NCBI RefSeq assembly: GCF_018977255.1
Contig: NW_024704742.1
Span: 126,544,001-126,608,000 of the forward strand
From: Callorhinchus milii
Lineage: Eukaryota
Reading direction: 5' to 3'
DNA length: 64,000 bases
Shown here: in pieces, positions 1 through 12,255 of the stretch
Position numbering within the stretch: the first letter of the stretch is position 1
Layout: each line of letters starts with the position of its first letter
Program-made: the position numbers and the translations under genes
Notes under the pieces: model-generated
Told to the model about the DNA's origin: nothing
What the model saw: only the letters and a program-made list of their open reading frames with translations
Databases searched by the model: none

Positions 1-270
1 CTAAAGTTCCCCATCTTTTCTCTCCCACTCTTGTTAAATAGTGGTGTGATGTTTGCGATCTTCCAATCAATGGGAACCTTTCCAGAATCCAAAGAATTTT
101 GGAAGATCAGACACAAAGCCTCCACTATCTCATGAGCTACCTCTTTTAAAGCCCTAGGTCCAGGGAACTTGTCACTTTTTAATGCCAAAAATTTCCCTTG
201 CACCAATTCTTTGCTAATGTAAATTTCCCTAAGTTGCTGCCTATCATTAGCCCCTTGGTTCATCTCTATT
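1..270 (-). mobile_element. CR1-clade LINE ORF2 fragment
   Basis: Closely matches 57098-57380 of the long CR1 copy (ggaagatcagacacaa.gcctccactatctcat.agctacctcttttaaa). Confidence 0.9.
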
Positions 271-274
271 TCAT

Positions 275-712
275 CCTTGCATTTGATATAGTGCCTTATA
301 GTGCCACGTTTCGCCCACAAAACATAGTCAATTCCCTTTACAGTATATTCTAAGGCGCTGTATCGAATGCAATGTTTGCTATTATTATCAAATCATTGAG
401 AAGTCTCAAAGCCCTTCACCGAATATATTGAAAAGCGCATTGACTGTGTATTTTGTGGGTGAAACACCAGCAGCCAATTGCGCACAGCAGTGTCCCACAA
501 CAGTCGTGGATTAAGTGAACACATTTTTTTTAAATTTGGTGTGATTATTATTGCTGGAAATTGACTAAGAACCAGGTTCCTACTTCCTGCTAGGTAAATA
601 AAGACATGTGGTGTAAGGAAACTTGCCTAAGGTTTTGTCCGGCCCAGGAATCAAACTTGGGTCCTCTCGCTAGTGAAGCGAACAAGCTAGCCACTAAGTT
701 ACGAGACTCCAC
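275..712 (-). mobile_element. tRNA-derived Deu-domain SINE(s), long subfamily
   Basis: Head gactccac at ~705-712, ggaaacttgcctaagg, cagccaattgcgcacagcagtgtcccaca and tail atccttgcatttgatata. Confidence 0.85.
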
Positions 713-1389
713 ATATCCCCATATCAAAGAATGTGTTACATGGAAGGCAAGGAGCAGAATAACCCACTTTGAACTTCAGTCTGTAATTGGTTCAGTGTCA
801 GACATGATCGCCTTTTATTCACATGATTGACACAATTGGCCTTGGTCGAACTCATCTGCAGACATCCTGCACAAAAATATATTATATTAAGAGGATCCTT
901 TCAAATATGTGAACTTTTATCAACCTTTTCCATATCTGTATTACTTTTGAAATAGTTGCTAAGAAATTCTCTTTTTAAAAGAGAGATATTTAATGGTTCA
1001 GATTTTATTGGGAACAGTCAAGGCGATTTATTTCAGCACAACTATGTGACAAACGAGAATCATATCCCAAAAGTCATAAAACAAGGCACTTGTAAAAATC
1101 ACAGCAGACTTGATCCATCTGTTGGCATCTTTGATCTTATTCCTCTGGCTGCTTTCTGAGCAGCAACATCAACACAAAGCCACTTGAGAATACATTCACA
1201 GGGGATTAATGTGGTACTTGAGAAATTAGTTCGCACTTTCTTCAAGTTCATTTTATCATAGTAATAATGCATTTGATAATAATCCCTGCATTTGATAATA
1301 GCCCTTTATCACATTGTCGATATGTTTCAAAGCGCTTCACAATATTTCACTGTGAAGGGTAGTGACTATATGTTTGCAGGTGAATGCAA

Positions 1390-2560
1390 CACCAACAACA
1401 ACAAAATTACATTTACTTAATGTCTTTCATGGTGAAAGACTTCCCAATGCGTTGGACAGTTAAGGGTTTGCACCCGAGCTGGGATTGGAATCAAGAGGGG
1501 TGCGAGAGAGACTGAAGGCATGGTCAAAGAGGAAAGTCTTGAGACAGACTTTTAAGGAGGCAAGGGAAGCGGCAAGGCAGAGTGATTCTGGGATGAAGTT
1601 CCAGAGAGTGGAGGCAGAAAAACTGAAGGCTCGACTGCCAATAATGGGGAGGTATGGCGGGGGACATAGAGCTGTGCGAAGGGAGCAGACAGGTTGGTAT
1701 AATGGAGAAAGTTAGCTCTCATCCAGGACTTGATGTCTGACACATACTCCGCCAGGACAGCAGTGGTTTTGAAGTCAAGGGTAGAGGTAGAGAGATAGCA
1801 TTGGGTGTCATCTGCATATATGTAAAAATTAACGCCAAGCCTAGTACCTTTCAGGAGGATGTCCCAAAGCACTGAACAGTCAGGTGTCGGGCCCCGAGCA
1901 TGGGGGAGGGGTGGTGTAGGGATGAGGGTAGGCAGAGAGGTGGGAAGGCGACCAAAGGCACGATCAAAGAGAAGGGTCTTGAGACTGGCCTTGAAGGAGG
2001 CAAGGGAAAAAACAAGGCGAAGGGACCGTTGGATGGAGTTCCAGAGTGTGGGGGCAGAGAGGCTGAAAGCCCGGCCACCAATGGTAGGGCGGGTCGGGTG
2101 GGAGACATGGAGCAGACCAGAGCCCGCTGAACGGGGGGAGTGGGCAGGTTGGTAGAGAATCAGCAGGTCAGAGAGAAGCCAATGGTGTATAGAAAGTGCA
2201 GACAATGGGAAAGGTAAGACTGAAACCAGGCAAGGAGAGAGCTATGTGAAGATGAGATGAGAGGTAGTGGAGAAGAATAAAGTGGTCGACTTTATCAAAG
2301 GCGGCAGAGAGATCAAGAAGGACGAGGAGATATAGGAAGCCCTGGTCACAGATGGACAAAATGTCATGAGCAACTATTTATGTGCTGTGGGTATCACGGA
2401 AGTCAGATTGGAGGCATTTATAGAGGGAGTGCCAGGAGAGGAAAGAGCAAAGCTGGGAAGCAACTACGAGTTCAGACCTTGGAGAGAAACGGAAGGTTGG
2501 AGATGGGATTGTAATGGAGAACAGAGGTGGGTCAAGGGAAGGTTTGAGAGGGTTGGGGGA
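1390..2560 (-). mobile_element. L2-clade LINE fragments (two 3' ends interleaved with RT pieces)
   Basis: ORFs give LDLSAAFDKVDH, YIYADDTQ and GGRAFSLSAPTLWN; (caa)n tail near 1393. Confidence 0.9.
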
Positions 2561-3954
2561 TAATAACAGTTGTTTGAATCTAATTCAATCTGAGATATCA
2601 ATAGTGCTGTTAACTGTCAAGTATAAAAGGCCAATGGAGAGTGACTTTCTGCACCCTTCTGCAGACCCAATCTTAACTACTCACAGAAACATTTAAATAT
2701 ACAGTACAAATCATGTAATGAAAGGGCAGTAACAGCACAATCCCAGCAGTGGTTAAGCACACAATTATTCCTTGCCTCCAAAACTTTTCAAGTGCATGTC
2801 TGGATTAGCACATTTTTAATTTTCATACACCTCAGTTACTATAGATTGTTAAGTTACTTTCCCAGCGTGAAAACCTCATTAATGCAAATGTCTTCTGATT
2901 AGCTACTGACTTTGTTAATCGCTTTTCTCACAAGCAGCATTCAGGAATGCTGGCCTCTCAAGCAATTTCATTAATGTTACTTAAGAAGTTAAATGGGTCT
3001 TTTACTTGTTTTTAATGAATGTCAGCCCCAATAAGTCATTCAGACTAAAATAGTTCATATAAAAGCCAATTGAAGGAGATAAGAAGGCAACAATGTAAAG
3101 TAGAGTGGGCAGTATCAAGAGGGATCCAAAGAAAACCATTAGCTTTTGATCATAAACTGTGAGTTAAAGACCAGGGTCCATCTAAAAGACCTTCTTCCAT
3201 TTTCACATTCTTTTAAATCCTTTAAGAGAAATATGTAGGAAGCACGACTATAGAGGATGTGAAAATAGAAGGTCTTTTAGATGGACGCTAGACTACAGAA
3301 CGAGGTCTATGTATTTGATACAATGAAATTGGGATTTCACATCTTATCTGATAAAGTTCCACATAAAAAGCTTTGGAGGAAATTTAGGTTTTGTAACAAA
3401 TTAGCTGTTTGAATTGCAAACTACTTTTGAGATGTGAAGCAGAGGTGATGGTAGTGGACAAGTTATGTCTGTAGGAGGGAGGACATTGACTAGTTTCAAG
3501 ATTGCCTCTTCTTGTTATCTTATTTTTAACATTATCCAGCACATAGCAATGAGTAGTTCCTGAAATATTCGTTGTTTGGGTTTATTGCCTGGTGATATGG
3601 ATCAACTGACCAGATGTCTGAAAGAAAGGAAGGTGATTTTTAATGCAGGTGAATGTATCAGTACACACATTGGATCAGGAAATGGTGAAGAGCTATCAAT
3701 TAGCAGAGATGGAAAGAGAAAAGTGTTTTTGGATAACTCGTGATCATTCACTGAAGGGTTCCAACCAATGAAACACATTTATGATAAACAGAATAATTCT
3801 TGATTTGACATAGTGTTGTGTCACGTTTTTGAGATGTATCAAAGTTCCTTACAGAGTTTATTGTGATTTACAGGATTTGCTGTATCAGCCTGCTCAGTTT
3901 ACAGCACTTTCACCTCTAAGTCAGAATATTATAGGTTTATTTTATTCATTCTAT

Positions 3955-4250
3955 TACTTTTACACACACTGTAGAATGACTGTGAACTTGTAGGCAAACA
4001 CAGCAGCCAGTTTGTGCACAGCACTATCCCACAACAGCAATGAAGTGTAAAATATTTTTTATCTGGAGGAATGTTGGCCAAGGCACCCAAGAGAAACTCC
4101 TCTCTCTTTTTGAATAGTACCATAGGACCACATCAAACATAACATACACCTGAACTCGGCAGAAAGGAACTTGGTTTACTGTGTCATCCGAAGGACAACA
4201 CCATCAACGATACAACGCAAGTCCAGCACTGCATTGGAGTGTCAGACTAG
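3955..4250 (-). mobile_element. Old Deu-domain SINE (SacSINE/AmnSINE-like)
   Basis: cagccagtttgtgcacagca...cccaca, ttggccaaggcacc...ctttttgaatagt and gcactgcattggagtgtcag; homologous to 26500-26895 and 59275-59617. Confidence 0.7.
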
Positions 4251-4252
4251 AT

Positions 4253-4295
4253 CAGTGGTGGCCAACTCATGGCCTGTAGGCCGCAAATGGCCCTT
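4253..4295 (+). mobile_element. Possible hAT (Charlie-like) DNA transposon left end
   Basis: CAGTGGTGGCCAACTCATGGCCTGTAGGCCGCAAATGGCCC, preceded by GACTAGAT (similar to the NTCTAGAN target). No matching right end found. Confidence 0.4.
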
Positions 4296-4576
4296 GAGGC
4301 CATCAAGAATCATTCACACCAGTCCAGGCGAGTAAGTTCCAAATCAATGCCTTGTTTCCAGTAGCTACCGAGTGGCGATGCCCATGTGTGGCCATCAGTG
4401 AAGAAATATTTAATGAAGAAAATTTATTTTGTTAGCCAACCAAAAAAGTGCTCTTGTTTTGGACTCACCAACTAGTCGAAACTTTCACCTTACCATGTAA
4501 TAGGTAAGTGCACAGAGATATTGCAGGGGATTACATTTAAGGCAGTTAACTCCAGTGGAGGAGCTAGCAGCAGCTA

Positions 4577-4930
4577 TGTGTCAGCTTGGCTCAGGTGTTT
4601 GCAGTCTTGTAGCTAGGTCAGAGAGCAATGGGTTCAACCACTTTGTTGGGATCTGGTTGGTTTTCCAAGGCAGTTACTGAAGTACTGCATTGTCAGAAGT
4701 GACGTCCTTCAGATAAGACCTGTCTTTGTGGTTAATACTCTCTGAGATGCTACCCTACATGAAGGATGTGATATAAATGCAAATCTTTGTTGTCGACATG
4801 TTCTTTGGGTGGATGGTAACAATCCCTCAACACTATTTGCTGTTGTCTGACCTAAATAGTACAATAGATAAATTGGTCATTAACTTCATAGCTATTTATG
4901 AGACTTCACAGTGCATAAAATGGCTTTCTT
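4577..4930 (+). mobile_element. Old tRNA/Deu SINE, degraded
   Basis: tcagcttggctcag...ggttcaa head and gcattgtcagaagtgacgtccttcagat body. Confidence 0.6.
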
Positions 4931-6057
4931 ATTAGTTAATATATTTGATGTAAGGGTCTTTCAAATGCAAATGATTTCTTTCTTATAGGTCAGTGAACCA
5001 AATGGTCTCTTCCTAGGCCATTGAAAGAGTTAATGTCTTGTCAACAGATTTCTATGAGCATCAGAAGGAATTCATGATCATATGGCCTGGCCTGTTTCAG
5101 TTGTTGAAAGGTCTGTTTACATTAGCAAGTGGAATCACTCCAGAGCAAAGAAATGGGATTAATTAATTTCATGGAGGCCTCTGGCACCATTTAACCTTGT
5201 GGAGTCAAGCAGATTTTGTGCTGCAAATCCCAATATTTGGTTTGACATGGTTAGGCGTTTAATAAAAAAAATTACAGATGTAGGTTTGATTTAATGTACT
5301 GATTCCATTTATATCCTTCCTCTTACTAAGCATGGGGCTGAATCCCTTGAAAGATACAATAAATGAAACATCAGGCTGCAACTGAGTTGATGCTTATTCA
5401 GATAGGATTTAAGTATAATTTGTATTTCTTGGTTGCCATCCATGTCCCACCATAGCAATGAAAGTGCTATAATGTTGGATACATGCTATGAATTCAGTAA
5501 CAACGTGTGCCTCCTATGTAAACAGACTTTCATTGAGACTGGAAAAAAAGGAAAGCGAGTGCCTCTTCTGGTATTGTAATCAGAAATGGGATTTGGGCTT
5601 CCCCTAATCACAAAATGTTTTTTCTCTATTGCAAGGTTTGGGCCACAGCACAGCACAGGAGTATGGTCTTCAGCGAGGGATTGTACAAAAAAAACATTTG
5701 GTACTGAACGCACAAGGTTAAATTACTACGTGATGGAAAACTCTTCAAAGCATGAAAGGATGTCTGGCTTCAACACTAACTACTTGTATTTGGTTTCTTT
5801 GGAGTGAACTTTAAAGTGTGTATACACAACAACATAATATCATACACAAATTTGAAGAGGAGTTTGTTCTCCACACGCACAGGATTTTTAAGTGCAACCA
5901 AAAATCCGGAGCATTTTCATGAAGCAGCATCCAGATCTCCAGTTAAGCAGATTATAAGACCTTTTAGGATAGAAGAAAAGGTTGATATGCAACCCTATTT
6001 CTTCTCAATTCTCTACCTCTACCCTATCCGCTCACCATATCCTTGAATCCTCCATTT

Positions 6058-6325
6058 GTGGAGTCCCGTAGCAAAGTGGTCAACGCACTTAGCTCGCGAG
6101 CAAGGGGACCCGGGTTTGATTCCTGGGCAGGGCACAAACCTTAGGCAAGTTTCCTTTCTCCACATGCCTCTGTTTACCTAGCATAAGTAAACCCAGTTGT
6201 TAGCTGATTGGTGGATCACTTTCCACGATTAACAATCCCTCCCCCCAAAAATTGGTCACTCAATCCACGACTGTTTGTGGGACTGTTTGTTTGCACAATT
6301 GGCTACCACGTTTCACCCACAAAAT
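6058..6325 (+). mobile_element. tRNA-Ala-like SINE, long subfamily
   Basis: gtggagtcccgtagc...gggtttgattcc head, gcctctgtttacctagca internal block and Deu motif. Confidence 0.85.
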
Positions 6326-6494
6326 ATTAAAGATAATTTTAAATGTTCAGTGTTTGCATTAGTGCTGAGAAATGATTAGAAGGAAGGCTTTAAAATATAA
6401 TAATACTAAGGATGTATTCTCTGTTTCACTCCCCCAACAGTGTGGATGATGAAGTTTTCTGCCTCTCTGAAGAAAGTTATAATTAGTTTAATTA

Positions 6495-6680
6495 AGCATT
6501 TGATATAGCGCCTTATCACTTCGTTGAGATATCTCAAAGCGCTTCACAGAATATATTGTAAAGTGCATTGACTGCGTATTTCATGGATGAAATGCTGCAA
6601 CCAAGTTCACACAGCAGTGTCCCACACCAATGGAGTAAGTGACTGAATCTTTCTTTTTAAAAATTGGATGGATTATTACC
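6495..6680 (-). mobile_element. SINE 3' half
   Basis: gcatttgatatagcgcc...ctcaaagcgcttcacagaata. Confidence 0.8.
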
Positions 6681-7074
6681 GTCAATTAAGTTGTGCTCCT
6701 TCTGATTTCATCATCTGGACTTTTTCACACAGATAAAGTATTGGCCTTCGCTCAACACTTTATTGAAAGAACTCAGGCAGTCTGGGACCGTGATCACAAG
6801 GCTGCATACCCCTAGCACTGGTTGATACTAATCTCAGCTTTAGGATAGGACACTGTCACAACAATGGCACTGGGTGGCATTCTCAAATGTTTCAAGAGTT
6901 TAATTGCTCGATCTCCTAGATAATGTAATACCGAATGAAGTCGACGGAGAGGATATGACTTTTATGGCTTCCCCCCTTCCCCCCACCTTTTCCTTCTCAC
7001 TGTTTTTAGCCTGTAAACTGCTTAAGCTGTGAGGCTCGAATATCTGGCTTCAGCCTCCTGCACTGCAATCATGA

Positions 7075-7285
7075 ACAACAACAAAATTACATATATACAG
7101 TGCCTTTCACATTGGAAGGACGATCCAAGGCACTGGATAGTTAAGGGTTTTCCCCAAGCTGGGGTTGGAATCAAGAGGGGTGGAGGGTAGGGGGAGTGGC
7201 TGAATGAATGGTCAAAGGGGAAGGTCTTGAGACAGGTCTTGAAGTAGGCGAGGGAGGGGCGAGGGGGAAGGATTCTGGGATGGAG
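7075..7285 (-). mobile_element. L2 3' end
   Basis: aacaacaacaaaattaca tail and ggtcttgagacaggtcttgaag. Confidence 0.8.
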
Positions 7286-7294
7286 TTACAATCG

Positions 7295-7632
7295 ATGACT
7301 CTCCAGTGCAATGCTTAGAGAGTCGTTTTATCACAAATGCCTTCAGATGAAATATTGAACCAAGTTCCCCTCTACCTATTTGGGTGGACTTGAAAGATCC
7401 TGTGGCACTATTCAAAAAAGAAAGGGAATTTCTCCTGGTGTCCTGGCCTAAAGTTCCCCAGATAAAACTAGTCATTTACTTCATGGCTGTATGTGGGACT
7501 TTGTGTGCATATTGGCTGCTGCATTTGCCTACAAATAAACAGTCACTACACTTGGCAGTAAATCCTGTGAACTCTTTAAGATGCTTCAATTACATGATAA
7601 GGTGCTGTATGAAATGTAAGGATTATTATTAT
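7295..7632 (+). mobile_element. Old Deu SINE
   Basis: aaagatcctgtggcactattcaaaa...tgtcctggcc...tgtgggactttgtgtgcatattggctgc. Confidence 0.7.
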
Positions 7633-7843
7633 TTCTATGGTTATTATACTAGACAAACACCCTTCAATCTAAAAAGGCTGGATAGAAGGCTTCTGTTTCT
7701 TGGTCACAGCAAATGGATCAAACTTTTATTAAAAGTTAAAAGTGAATTTCAGGTATTGATTTGTATTGTAATTCCTCTGCTCTGGCAATCAAATTTAGTC
7801 ACTGCAATGCCTTTGCTGTCCTTTATGTTTGAGTACCTTTGTA

Positions 7844-8155
7844 TTGGAGTCCTGTAGAGTAGTGGTAAGAACACTCATCTCGCAAGCAAGAGAACCTGAG
7901 TTCGATTCCCAGGCAAAGCAAACTTTAGGCAAGTTTTGTTACTCCACACACCTCTGTTTACCTAGCAGCAAGTAGGAACCCGGTTGTTAGTCAATTTGCG
8001 GATTGCTTTTTTGAAGGTAATAATCCCTCAAAAAAAAATATTTGCTCACTAAATCTTCAATTGTTTTTGGGACACTGCTGTGCGTAATTGACCGCTGGGT
8101 TTCACCTGCAAAATATAGTCAATTAACTTTACAGTATATTCTGTGAAGACTTTGA
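7844..8155 (+). mobile_element. tRNA-Ala-like SINE, long subfamily
   Basis: ggagtcctgtag...gagttcgattcc B box, internal ctctgtttacctagcag block and Deu motif. Confidence 0.85.
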
Positions 8156-8159
8156 GCAC

Positions 8160-8600
8160 CAGGCCCCATGACCCTATCACACATCACCCCCATCATCATC
8201 CTCGCCATCACTCAGAGGATACAGTTGAAAATCCTGGTCTTCACCTCCAAAGCCCCACACGGCCTTGCTCTTCCTTACTACCTCTGTGATCTCCTAACCC
8301 CCTACTAATCTGTCTGCTCCCTCCACTCAGCGGGCTCCGGCCTGCTTCACGCCCCCCCGCCTTGCCCATCCCACCATCGGCAGGCAGGCCTTCAGCCTCT
8401 CTGACCCCATCCTCTGGAACGCCATCCCACAGTTCCCTCCACCTCAAGATCCTACTCTTCGACCGTGGCTTCAGTCACCCTCCTACCCCTTCCTTCCGTG
8501 GCCTCCACTCCTCCTGATCCCAACCACCAGCTCAGGTGCAGATCCCTGACTATCCAGCCCTGGAGTGAAAGGCATTATAACAAATGTAATTTGTTGTTGT
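8160..8600 (+). mobile_element. L2 3' fragment
   Basis: aaatcctggtcttcacct, ggcaggccttcagcctctct and ttgttgttg tail. Confidence 0.8.
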
Positions 8601-8692
8601 CTCGAAGACACGATAAGAGGCTATATCAAATGCAAGGATTATTGTAAGGATTATTTTTTATCATCTGAATTTTTAAAAGGAAGGATAATAGA

Positions 8693-8850
8693 AATAATAA
8701 TAATCCTTTCATTTGATATAGCGCCTTTTCGCGTCATTAAGACGTCTCAAAGTGCTTCACAGAATATACTGTAAAGTGAGTTGATTGAATTTGGCAGCCA
8801 ATTGCGCACAGCAGTGTCCCACAAACAGCTGTGGATTGAATGATCAAATT
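8693..8850 (-). mobile_element. SINE 3' half
   Basis: aataataataatcc...ggcagccaattgcgcacagcagtgtcccacaaacag. Confidence 0.8.
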
Positions 8851-9844
8851 ATTTATAATGACTTTAAAAACGGTGAGGACTTTAAGATCCCCACCAGTGT
8901 GTGCCAATTAATGCAATGTCGAAAACTATCAGAATCTGACATGCTCCGCTTTGAATCGGGGTTTTGCCAGGAAGACTTTAAGAAGGTATTTAAAGGTCAA
9001 AATCAAGTGCGCCAGAGGATAATAAAAAGGACAGTTGCCATGGTTACCTGAGAGACCAAAGGTTAAATCAACTTGCACCATGTGAGGCCACTTCCAAGAC
9101 ATAAAGTGAACTTGTTTAAAATTACGAGTTTAATCAGATCATCGCCGCAGCTCTTTCTCAGATATCACTGTTATTGTAAGGCAGAATTCCAAACAATAAC
9201 ACAGTATAATGAGAACATGGAGGGGCCTGGTGCAGAAGTGACACTGTTAACTGGAATGGTGGTATCTAGAGGTTTAGATGAAGTAATATGTTCTGCTGGA
9301 AAATATAAATGCAAGACTGTTTATGTTTAGCGTACAACAAAAGGATAAAACGGCCTTTGGTTGGGTGGCTAAACCATAAACTTGAGGGCCAATTGGAGAT
9401 GATAGTGTGCAGATTGCATGGAGTGTCATATCAGACTTAATAATGGACACTTTTGTTGATCGTTGCTGCTAGTTCATCGTGTATTTACAGAAAATGTGGA
9501 TAAAGAAGTCAAGTGTTATTGCTTTGAGAGAAACCTTGGGGTCTCATGTTTTCAAGAGGCTAAACTCCTAACTAGGTCAAAGACTGAGATTTGAAGCAGA
9601 GCAGAAGGTTAAATGGTTATTGATGCTTCCTTGAAATTGATAGCAATTGGTCACCCTGTAACATTAGTAAGACTTGACACAGCTGTGGGATGAATCCATC
9701 AGATCTCACAGAGAGTCTGATCTGTAACCTTATTCTATGTATGTGTGTGAAGTCATAGGAGCAATCATGACTCCATTCTTCCATTCAAATATTCAATTAA
9801 ACCTTCACACAATAATTACACTCAAGCAAACCTATCAATGTGTC

Positions 9845-10150
9845 TTTTTCCTTTTTAAATATCTGTCTCAAGACCTACCTCTTTGACCGCTCTTTCAGTC
9901 ACTGCTGTGTGCAATTGGCTGCTGCATTTCTCCCATAAAGTATACTTTACAGTAATTCACTTTACAGTATATTAAGTGAAGCGCTTTGAGTCTTCTCGAA
10001 GACATAATAAGGCACTACATCAAATGCGAGGATTATTATTATCTTTCCCCTCCCTGCCCCACTCGGCTCCAGTTCAGGTGCCAAGCCAGGATTGTTAAAT
10101 GCCTTGGGCTGTTGTCCCGATGTGGAAGGCACTATATCAATATAAATTTA
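9845..10150 (+). mobile_element. L2 3' end with an embedded SINE 3' half
   Basis: ctcaagacctacctctttgacc, then the SINE tail (9903-10042), then the L2 terminal stem-loop. Confidence 0.65.
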
Positions 10151-10781
10151 TATTGTATATATAGTAAATCAGACGTTGGGTTTATACAGCACATAAAATA
10201 AATATCTTTAAGTGCTTTTCAAAACACAATTGTCTAGAAATAGGTGGAATTTCCATCCCACTTTTTCCAAAACAGAAAGCTAAGTTCGCCCACATGCATT
10301 ATAGATTGTCAGGAACTGGACAAACAGCAGCATCTGTACATTGGTTAAAAAATGTAGGATTTTGCATATCTGGAGGTAGGGACCCTCCTCTGCATAGCCT
10401 GTCAGACGTTTTCTACGATCTTGGCCTTCTCCACTAAATCCAGTTTCCCCCTTTTGAAAATTTTATGTGATCTCCAAATTAAATAATTCTGCAATGAGTT
10501 CAGGTTATGTTTTAAGCCGAGAACGGGAGGAGTTAAAGCATAGTCCATTAGGACATCCTCCACAACATTTCCCCATTTCAACCTTAATAACTACCCCCTT
10601 TTCTCTTCTTTAGCCATTTTTGAATCCACATCTATATGTTACCCTTAATACCATCTGACATTAGTTTGTAAAGGAATTTCTTATGTCGTAGTTTTACCAA
10701 AGAGGAAGAAGTTGCATTTTTATAGTGTCTCATTGGCGTCAAAACATCTCAAGATGCTTTGGTCAAGTGTTTTTGTAGGTA

Positions 10782-11038
10782 TAATAATAACCCTTGCATT
10801 TGATGTATTATCGCATTCTTCAAGACATCTCAAAGCACTTCACAGAATGTACTGTAAAGTGAATTGACTGTATATTTTGTGGGTGAATCACGGCAGCCAA
10901 TTGTGAAGTTACCAACTTATTTATTTATTTATTTTGAAGGGATTACTACCCTGGAAAACAATCTGCCAATCGACTAACAACCAGGTTCCTACTTTCTGCT
11001 AGGTAAACAAAGGCATGTGGAGTTAGGAAACTTGCCCC
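10782..11038 (-). mobile_element. SINE, long subfamily, head missing
   Basis: Tail, Deu motif and gctaggtaaaca block. Confidence 0.8.
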
Positions 11039-12044
11039 ATTCCCAGCTCGGGTGCAAAACCTTGGGACATTCTCCTGATGTGAAAGAGCTACATAAATGT
11101 CAATTTGTATTTTCTTGCAAACCTTCCTTCACTCTCTCCTTTCCTCCCTCCCTTCCTTTCTTCCTTACTTACTTGATCTTCCTTTTAATTTCCTTGTTGA
11201 TCCATTTCAGATTCTCTTTCCGCTGCACTAAAGTACATCTTGGGTGCTCCTCGTATAATGTTTTTCAAAGTCCATTTATCCTCAATTGGTTTACTCATGA
11301 ATTGTGAGTCCCAGTGCTTGTTATCTAATTGGCCCTCATACTCCTACAGTAGGATTTGTCTGCTTCTGTGTTCTGCTTCACAAGGCAGATTGGAAGTTAT
11401 TGAGCTACGGTAACCTGCACTATGTGCACTAGGGGACTCTGACATGAACAAAACATAAGTTCTGGTCAGGTCAAATGGTTGAATAACCAATAAGTTGCCA
11501 TGGATGTATGAACTATATTCTAAGATACTTAATGAGACAAATGCGTTCACCTACAAAGTACACATTACCATATATCCTGCAAAGCACTTTGAGATATCCT
11601 CCTGACATGAAAGGCGCGATATCAAATGCAAGGATGATTATTATCGCATCATGTTTCAAATGCTCCTATTCTGTCATGAGCGTCTGCATTTTATACAAAA
11701 AAACATGTGTAGGAGAGAGCTATCTATTACAGGCTCCTCAACACAGAGGAGTCAGGAGGCAGTCAGGCACTATATTGATAAATTCAGAGTACTTCCCGCT
11801 AGGAGCGTTCCCAATTTATGTTGGATTGGCTGAAGTTCCCCCATAAATAGTGCACAGTAAGAACAATTTCAGGCAAGGGTAAACCATCGGGCTTTCAGGT
11901 CTTCCCATTAGAGTCTTTCAAGTATTTAAATCAATTAATTCTAAATCATTTTGGTCAGCAGGACATTATCAACTTCCGTTTGGAAACTCTTTTGTATTTC
12001 TTGTTCTCCCGCCTGTGCTGATAATCAGTTCCATACGTCTATCA

Positions 12045-12255
12045 CTGTGGTGAAGTTTATGGAGGCTGTGTTGAAGTAGGCTCCATAAATTCTTTTAAAA
12101 GGGAATTGGATAAATGCTTGAAGAGGAGGACTATGGTACCACGGGAGCGAGCAGGAGATTGGGATTATATTCAGTGGTTCATGTGGAGAAAAACATCAGT
12201 GCTGACTTGAAGGGCCAAACGGGCTGCTTCTGTGCTGTAACATTCTACGATTCTG
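12045..12255 (+). mobile_element. CR1 3' end
   Basis: aaaagggaattggataaatgcttgaag...gggccaaacgggctgcttctgtgctgtaacattctacgattct. Confidence 0.75.

Noticed and set aside
7384..7857. 157-aa ORF
   Set aside because: It is a chance read-through of an old SINE plus flank, with no protein family signal.
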